The notes beneath the pieces were generated by a model that was not told the DNA's origin, made no database searches, and saw nothing but the letters and a program-made list of their open reading frames with translations. Position numbers and translations under genes: made by a program. Of a stretch of DNA of 64,000 bases, positions 55,886 to 64,000 are shown piece after piece. The DNA is taken from NCBI RefSeq assembly GCF_009914755.1, contig NC_060929.1; one strand, given 5' to 3'. The stretch is from the human T2T-CHM13v2.0 reference genome, Homo sapiens. How positions within the stretch are numbered: position 1 is the stretch's first letter; every line of letters starts with the position of its first letter.

Positions 55886-56689
55886 AATGGAGGTGGCCCG
55901 TGATACAATCCTATTTATGGGACAGAAAATGCCGCCCAAAATTGCCAGACAAAAAAATGTGTCCTCTGCCCCATGTAAAAATAAAATTACAAACTATGAT
56001 TATTAATTATTAAGTTAGTCACAGTAATCTGTGCGAACATCACAAAAATCATAAGTAACAAATATTGCAAAAAATACACCATGCTATATATACCAAAGTT
56101 TCTGTTGTAACACCTTTTATCCAAAAACTACTCCTTTGCTCTGTTTTAATGTTGCCACTAAATACCAGTTCTTATTTGTTAAGCATGCCTCAAATGAGGT
56201 AATAGAATTATGGCTAGATTATACCACTATTAGTCATTCTGCCCTGGAGAAGGTATTGAGAAGGGTGAATTTCTTCATCCTCTTTTGAATTACTCACTTT
56301 GTCATACTCCTATGTCACTCTAACCTTTAAAAAAAGGTGGAGAGCCCAAAATTGCTTGCTTAGACTTAAAATTTCTCACTGACAAATGGCTAAAACTTAT
56401 GAGATTCGCCTTAAATACTATTTCTTCTCACTCAGAGTAGTTAATAAATAAATCAACGGCAGAAAAGCTCTTTGACAAGTTTCCACCTCTCCATGGTCCA
56501 GAATTTTGTCTCATCCTTCATTACAAATAACTAAAATTAGACCTAACCCACTGAAGGGAGTCGGCAATTTCTCCAAAATAGCAGCAGGTAAGAAAAGAAA
56601 ATCAAAATCCAGTGAACTGAATGCTAGGATTGTTAATATACATGGCCCATGAAAGGGTCCTCAAGTCCACCTTTCTAGAATTCATCTTT

Positions 56690-57275
56690 CAAGAGAAGGT
56701 CATTGCTGGGGTGTATCTTGGATATTGAATAGGAATTAGCCAGGATAAAGAGAACAACAGCAATAAAAAATTAAAAACTGATAAGGAAGGAGAAAGAGCA
56801 CATGCCATGTAATAATTAACAGCATTTACGTATGACCCAAAGGGAGGAGAAAGCGTGCCACACTCTGGTGAAGCAGGATGGTGGTAGAGTGGATAGGAAG
56901 TTAGAAAAGAATGGAGAGAGAAAGATGTTCAATAGGTTTGTATGTAGGAAGGAAGCAAGGTTGGGCAAGATCATATAGAATCTTATAAAACTTTAATATG
57001 AAATCTGGGCTTGGCCCATTGAATGGTTACTTAGGAATAATTTTAAGCCAGCTCCTGAGATCTGTGATTCTCAGAGGTCACTGTGACTGCAGCCTGGAGG
57101 AAGGAACAGGGATCTGATAAGGTGCCAAGGCTGGAGAAAGGGGAAAGAATCAGAAGGTTCTAACTTTACTGAAGTTAGGTCTGGAAAGAAGCGACAGTCC
57201 CAAATATTTAGATGATAGATAAGGTGACCGAAAGAGAGAAATCAAGTATGTGTTCAGGAGGAATGTCAGGTTTTA
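56690..57275 (-). mobile_element. L2 fragment
   Basis: Purine-rich sequence with aagatcatatagaatcttata..gaggtcactgtgactgcagcctggagg. Confidence 0.5.
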
Positions 57276-57549
57276 CTGAAGTTTAATAGTCCTCTGTTAG
57301 AAAGTGTCTAACTCTAAAAGAAAGTATATTCTTATAGAATATTACATGAATTTTGCTGCACTCACTTCCCAGTAAGGAAGATAAAATAAGCCTGTTTGTA
57401 GAATAAAGACTAATAATACTTACCTTTATCATTAAATCCAGTTGCAGAAAAAAGGAGAAGCAAATTAAACATAACCGTATAAAAGAAATTACCTGTTTAT
57501 TATTTTGCCATGTTTTTGCTATGCATATATTTGTATTTTGTGTGTAATT

Positions 57550-59335
57550 TAATATAATTTATTAAAGTATAATTTAAATGTAATACAATATATCCATTTT
57601 ATGTGTACAGTTTAAAAAGTTTTAATATACATTCAGGTAAACATCAAAATAAAAATACAGAACATTTCCATTACTTCAAAACATTCCCTATCTTTACAGT
57701 CAAGTTCACCACCATCCTCAGCCCCACACAATCATTAATCTGCTTTCTACCAATATAAATTAGTTTTGTCTTTTATAGGATTTCATATAAATACAACTAT
57801 CCAGTACAGACTCTTCATATCTGAGTTCTTTCATTCAGCATAATGTTTTTGAGATTCATCCACAGTGAGATTCATTCGTAGTGGCGTTTAACTTTTGGAA
57901 ATTAGTCATTGTAATTACCATATTGTCAGAATACAGAAGAAAAGTTACATGATGCTTTTAATATGTCTATAAACATCTTTTTAAAGATTCAAAACCTATT
58001 TATTTTTTAAAACAATCAGAAAAGTACAAATGGAAGAGAATTTCTTCAAACCGATCAAGTACATCTACACATATCTCACAGGATGACATTATACTTAAGA
58101 AATTAGTTATATTAGTTTTGCTCTAGGATTCTCAAAATTATCTAGGTTAATAATTATATAATTTGGGAACAAAGATAAACATGCTATTCCTCTCAAATGT
58201 GTATACCTATTTTTTAAAATTGCCTCATTGCACTTGCTGAGAATTCCAGTATAATGCTAAATAGAAGTGGTGAGAGTAGATCCCGTTTTCTTTCCAGTCT
58301 TAAAGCAAAAGCATTGCAGTTGATTTTGAAATATTAAGCCAGGCATGCATTCTTGAGGTGAATCTTAATTGGAGGTGATGTAATATTGTTTTTTATATTG
58401 CTGGATTCAATACGTTAATATTTTCTCAGGGATGCTTTGTATTTACACTCATGATGGATATTCGTCTCAAATTATTTTTGGTAATTGCTTTCAGTAACAT
58501 AATAATTCTGTTCTCTTGATGGCCATTTTTTAAATTGACACTGGACACTTTGAATGTTACACTATTGAGTGTCTGAATTCTGTTGTCTTAATTTAAAAAG
58601 AGTTTAGGTTTGGTTCAACTGCAATGAAGTAACCTGAAGATTAGATTGGTCCTATTGAGCTTACTGAGGCTTTTTGTTCATTCTTTCTTCCTTCATTTTT
58701 TGCTCCCTCTCTTTCTTCCTTCCTTTCTTTCTCCCAGAAAGTCTAGTCATTATTCTAGAACCATCTTTCTTCTTAGCTACTACTAAGTTAGTCATCTTTC
58801 CCTACCTGTGCCCCAGTTTTTCAATAATATCTCCCAGTTCTGCCAGGATGGAAACATAATATCTCCTGGACCACTGTGGGCTCCAGAAATGTTTATCTTT
58901 CAGCTCCCTAGTAGTTCTTTGCCCAGCTTCATGGAGATTCCCCTGCTACCTGCACAGCTTAGAGTTCAGCAGCAGATGCAAAGGAGTCCTGCTGTGTGCT
59001 CCTTTTCTGTGTACCTCTTCCCCTCTAGTACTTGGCCTTCGTAGTCTCACACATGGCCTTCTCCCTGAAGTCCAGCCTCTATCTTCTCAACCAGTGGAGC
59101 CACTGGCTTATAGCTTAGATTTCTTTCTCTGAACTATCACCTGGAAGGTTTGTTCAGGCAGAAATCCGGGGCAGCTGTAGGCCCAACTCATCCAGTTTGC
59201 TTCTTTTGGGTATTATACGCTTGTTGGCAATGTGTAAAAAAAGTTTTTCACGTATGTATTTCGGTTTCCTTTGTTTACAGTGAGAGGGCACGTCTAGTAT
59301 CAGTTACTCCAATATGACGATCAGCAGAATTCCAT
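57550..59335 (-). mobile_element. Ancient L1ME-type element: 3' UTR, rearranged ORF2 pieces and 5' end
   Basis: 3' UTR tagttttgtcttttataggatttcatataaat..cattcagcataatgtttttgagattcatcca; ORF2 ttccagtataatgctaaatagaagtggtgagagt; 5' end ..tcagttactccaatatgacgatcagcagaattcc. Confidence 0.7.
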
Positions 59336-59929
59336 GTGTCTTTGTATTATGTGAAATACTGTATTAGATGTAAGAATGCTAAATGATGTCATGCATTTTC
59401 AATTGACTTTTGAACTAGCTTCAGCAAATTTTCACTTTGTAACTCCAGTTCTTAATGTCTCTATTTATTAGAAACTGATTATCTAGCAACATAAACAAAA
59501 TATTCTATTTTTTGAAAGATGTACTCATAGGAAAATGAATCCATTACAGATGATGAGTTTACATTTATATAATAAAGTTTATCAAAATATATTTTTCTTA
59601 ATCTGGTCTTGCAGCAAGTTTGCTAATTAATTCTCTATGTTAAAGAACCTACATAAGAAAATGGGGTTACTATAGCAGTTGAGATCTGGTTTGTGTGACA
59701 AAGGGAATTGGCAGAATGTCTTGACTGACAACCACCACCAGTGGGAAGATATCTCACAAAGCACACCAATCAAAACATATTTTAACAACCCGTTTAAAAA
59801 AATTGATAGATAGGAAAATTACTTTTCTTGTGGATCATATAAACAGGTAAATATTTTTTCAAGTATAATTGAATGGACGAACATTCTTGAACACACAAAA
59901 ACTCCAGCAATGTAGTTTCCATCCTTCCA

Positions 59930-60870
59930 GGAGATGATTGTTGGTGGCAATTGAATTAATCTAATGGTAGAATTGGACTAACATAAAGGCTAGGGTGACA
60001 GAAAAGCGTGTAAGTGTTAAATGATCTAAAAAATGTACAAATGATAAAAATCACTCAGAAAGGGACAGGGAGAAGTAGGGAGAGATAGTAAATTCTTTGA
60101 TTATCTAATTTTTAACAGCTGGATGTTTAATCAATTTTTAAAAATTAATAAATTATGAAATGAGAAAACATTTGTAATAGTAGTAAGCACAAGGAGAAAT
60201 AAATAATTGACTAAGGTAGTAGAGGAGAGGAAAGAGAAGGAAAAGGAAAAGAAAATACTCCAAATTGTATCATTGCTTTTGGAATAAAATAGAAATTGTT
60301 GGGAGAAAGAGAAGACTAGGGTATAAAGTTATAGTTACAAAAACAAAACAAAATTATAATTTCCTAGATATCAGAAACAGTATGCACAAAAATATATTTA
60401 TAAAGACATGATGTGAGACCTTAACAATATATAAAAATAAAATACAACATTATATGACCTAAGGGTAAATATATCTTTCATATTAGAAATTATAATGGGC
60501 TTTATTCAATTATTATTGGGTAAAATGAGTTTCACATTGAATCAGATAGCAAACACAACAGCAAAATCCATACACAAAATACAGCCAAAGAATGTAATTC
60601 AGATTAGGTAAAAACAAAATGATGGAAAAAGTGTTCAAGGCAAATACAACCAAAAAGGAAACAGGAGTAATGAACTTAATGTCAAACAAATTGTAATTAA
60701 GGCCAAAAACTATGACCGATAAAAATAACAATAGTTTATATTACTAAAGTTTGCGATCTATGATGAAGGTATAATAATTATAAATATTCTACAAGTGGCA
60801 AAGGATCAGTATTCCATATAGCAGATATTAAAGAAGATACATGGAAAATTAGTCAAATGCCACTAATAAT
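59930..60870 (+). mobile_element. Ancient L1ME fragment (inter-ORF region and ORF2 start)
   Basis: aaaatgatggaaaaagtgttcaaggcaaatacaaccaaaaaggaaacaggagtaatg..ttaatgtcaaacaaa resembles the degenerate ORF2 endonuclease N-terminus. Confidence 0.6.
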
Positions 60871-60961
60871 ATCACAATTCCTGAGAATTGCAATGAGGAA
60901 CACATCTTAAAATATTTCCAAAAAGATATTAAGTTTAGAAAATATTTTTAACTTAAAAAAA

Positions 60962-60994
60962 ATAATTTCTCAGCCTTTTGGCTAACATCAAATG
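60962..60994 (+). pseudogene. 3'-truncated U2 snRNA retro-pseudogene fragment (U2 nt 1-33)
   Basis: ttctcagccttttggctaacatcaaatg versus U2 ttctcggccttttggctaagatcaagtg: 25/28 identical; preceded by a ttaaaaaaa L1 endonuclease-like site. Confidence 0.8.
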
Positions 60995-61139
60995 AAAACA
61001 CATACACACGAACCAGAACTTTTTTCCTGAAGAAGTCCTTGATTTAGAATGCCCTATATAATTCTATCCATACCATAGTTCATCTTGATTCTTACTGCTT
61101 TCTTAATACTTAGCACATATTTTGCATTTATTATTTTTC

Positions 61140-61330
61140 AGACATGTGCATTCATTTACTGTGTTGTCTCATTGTATTTTGACCAACCTCTATAAGGTAG
61201 ATATTATTTACAATATCAGATTTAAAAACATCAACAATAAAACAAAGTTTATAAACAGTAAGTGTTTGCTCAAACCCACATTGCCCGTAAGTGATAGGGC
61301 CAGGATTGAAATGTAGCCATTCTAACTTCT
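61140..61330 (-). mobile_element. MIR SINE
   Basis: caacctctataaggtagatattatt..aagtgtttgctcaaacccacattgcccgtaagtgatagggccaggattgaa. Confidence 0.65.
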
Positions 61331-61759
61331 TGTTTACTGTTAATCTGTTCTGATATTACTGGAACTAACCTTTTTCTGAAATCTCATAGCTTTATGGAAA
61401 AACAAATATAACTTAAACATACTAAGTATATATTTTTATCTATTCTATCACTATGTTTGTATATTTTACTTTTCTCCATTTTTCCCACCTGTGGTTTCAA
61501 GAAAAAAAAACAAAACCCAAACAACTGCATCTCCTATTTTCTTTGTACTTTTTACTATAGGTGAAATAGTATCACCTACTGTCTCATAACAGACCGAATA
61601 AGTAGGCATCGTTTAAATCATTTTGGGAAACAAAAGATTTTTGTAGAAATTCTTGCTTTTTATGTGACATTTCTGAAGAAATTCACATCATTGGCATAAA
61701 AATTAAAAGACAAAATCTACAAATTAAGCATCAAAGTTTGCTTCCACTTGCATTAGATG

Positions 61760-61805
61760 GCCTGCCTTCCTCCCTCCCTCTCTCCCTCCCTCCCTCCCTC
61801 CCTCT
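61760..61805. repeat. (CCCT)n polypyrimidine tract
   Basis: Read directly. Confidence 0.85.
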
Positions 61806-61835
61806 TTGGTCCCCATTACCCAAGCTTATCTTCCC

Positions 61836-62247
61836 ATATATGGTTTGGATCTGTGTCCCCACCAAAATCTCAGGTCAAACTGTAATCCCCATGTTGGAGG
61901 TGAGGCCTGGTGGCAGGTGACTGAATCATGGGGATGGAGTTCTCATGAATGGTTTAGTAACAAACATCCCCCCGTGGCAGTGTACAGTGAGTGAGTTCTC
62001 ATGAGATCTGGTTGTTTAAAAGTGTGTCACAACTTATGCCTCTCTCAGTCCTGCTCCTTCCATGTAAGACGCCTGCTCCCGCTTTGTCTTCCACCATGAC
62101 TAAAAGCCCCCTGGGGTCTCCCCACAAGCAGATGCCACCATGCTCCCTCTATAGCCTGCTGAACTGTGAGCCAATGAAACCTCTTTTCCTTATAAATTAC
62201 GCAGCCTCAGGTATTTCTTTATAGCTGTGTGAGAATGAACTAATACA
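61836..62247 (+). mobile_element. MSTA/MSTB solo LTR (ERVL-MaLR)
   Basis: atatggtttggatctgtgtccccaccaaaatctca..tgttggaggtgaggcctggtgg..gaactgtgagccaat..gaactaataca. Confidence 0.9.
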
Positions 62248-62249
62248 CC

Positions 62250-62765
62250 TTTTCATATAATGTGTTGAATAAGAATCCTTTTTATTTGTATGTTCTCCTG
62301 TAAGATGTTTTTGTTTAATTTTGCGTAAATGGAACATGCTTGCTACATCTGCTTTTTGTTTTTTTTAAATCATTCCTCGCGGTGTTTCTAAGATGTGTCT
62401 ATGTCGCTGTGAACATCTTTTTGTGTATCGTTTCTTTTCTAGTGTTGTACAGTGTCTCTATAGGATTTTGCATTTGACCTATTCACTCTTCTGAAATGGA
62501 CATCCAGCTTTTCTCCATGTCCTTTTAATCAGAAATATTACTTTGAATAATAACCTCATTCATGCTCCCTTGTAGACCCAAGAGGGAACTTACTTGAGAT
62601 ATATACTCAGGAGTGAAATGTATGAGTCAGAGGCCATATATAAGAATACTTAATTTAACAAAAGCAGTACCATATTGCTCTAAGAATGGTGTCACCCCAC
62701 TATATTCTCTCTAGTAAAGGAGGGTTATGATAATCTCACATCCAACTTACCAATGTTTGACAATA
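62250..62765 (-). mobile_element. Ancient L1ME 3' fragment
   Basis: tatatactcaggagtgaaatg..taccatattgctctaagaatggt..tctcacatcc. Confidence 0.55.
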
Positions 62766-63559
62766 AATAGAATATAAAGTGACAACACACTGTTCCATTT
62801 CATCCTTTGTAGGATTTTCTCTACCAGTAGAAAAAAGATCTTTGACATGATTTTTTACATAAGACACAACCCAAAGACTTAACTTGGAAATCCAGGGGAA
62901 AAAACATTCTGTTGAACATTGATCTATCAGAAACCGACTGTTTTATGGCTAATGAGAGGGATAAACATGGATATGTGAATATCCCAACAATTTGCTCCTG
63001 GTACTGCTACCCTTTCAAAGAACAGAGAATATTCAGCTTGCTCATTCTAATTACATAGGATGAATCATAGTTCTTTAAATGTAATAAAAAAAGAACAATT
63101 TGTCAAACAAAAAAGGCACTTTCTGATAGACATATAAAATAAGACAGAAAACTCAGCCTTAGAATTTATGAAAAAATTATCTATGAATTCTATTAATTAA
63201 AAATATAAATTAACTACTGTAAAATTAACTATCAAAAGACGGCAAAACACGTGAGTTTGAAGAGTTTATACCTTTCAATTCTGTCCACACATTATCCATT
63301 AATTGCAAATCTTAGAAATTTTTTTAAATAACAAAACTGATACTGAACTAGCAATCTATTTTTCCATATTTTTTCTCATCAATATAATTATATTCCTAAA
63401 TTATCAATATAATTTATAGGTAAATATATCAAATTATTTTATCATTAATACATATTCAGTATTTAAGTAGATAGAATTGATAATGAACCAGAAAAATTAC
63501 TACTTTTGAATCTCAATATTTCATAATAATAATGTATTTTTTCCATCAGTGATGACACT

Positions 63560-63680
63560 ACAGTTATATATGATATAAAAGCAAAATTCTCACAGTATTA
63601 TTCATCTCTGCACCTCCTATACTTACAACACAGCTTGGTATTGAGTTGATGCTCAATAAATATTTATTAAAGGAATATAT
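63560..63680 (+). mobile_element. L2 3' terminus
   Basis: tattcatctctgcacctcc..acacagcttggtattgagttgatgctcaataaatatttatt. Confidence 0.6.
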
Positions 63681-64000
63681 TTTTATACATATTTCTGATA
63701 TCAGAAATTGTAATGGATTTAGAATTAGGATTCATGAGTTTTAGTTCAGAATCATTTATTTATGATGATACTTAAGTAAATACTGAAATTCTGTGTCATC
63801 AACCTACCTTCTGCTGGGCATTCAGCCTATTTCAAAGTTGTCCTGTTTTTATGAGAGAAACGATCTGGCTCCTTTAGTAAGGCATATTTCAAACGAAAGA
63901 AACATTCAACAGAAAAGTAACTTCATGAAGGAGTCCCATACATGGATATCATATGATTCCTTTTGAGAATAATCCTAAGAAATAGGGTAGAGGAAGGGCA

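Overview
This is AT-rich, CpG-poor primate genomic DNA, most likely human or great ape because it carries AluY and L1PA2 elements. It looks like an intergenic gene desert or a large intron. I found no protein-coding gene, CpG island, tRNA/rRNA or CRISPR array. The supplied ORFs are chance frames or Alu/L1/LTR-derived. Much of the window is interspersed repeat: 8 Alus, young and old L1 fragments, many L2/MIR relics, MaLR LTRs (MLT1, MST, THE1), an ERV1 solo LTR, the hAT fossils MER5 and MER20, and a 33-nt U2 snRNA retro-fragment. Subfamily names come from my recall of consensus sequences and need a RepeatMasker/Dfam check. I cannot support a new biological system. The most unusual structure is an L1PA2 insertion with an L1 3' end at both termini, forming 65-bp inverted repeats (48279-49025). 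Also notable are a cluster of PBX-PREP/MEIS decamers with nearby candidate non-coding exons (53.3-56.6 kb), a homeodomain-rich element (21.8-22.0 kb), a scrambled ancient L1 and several template-switch-like palindromes.
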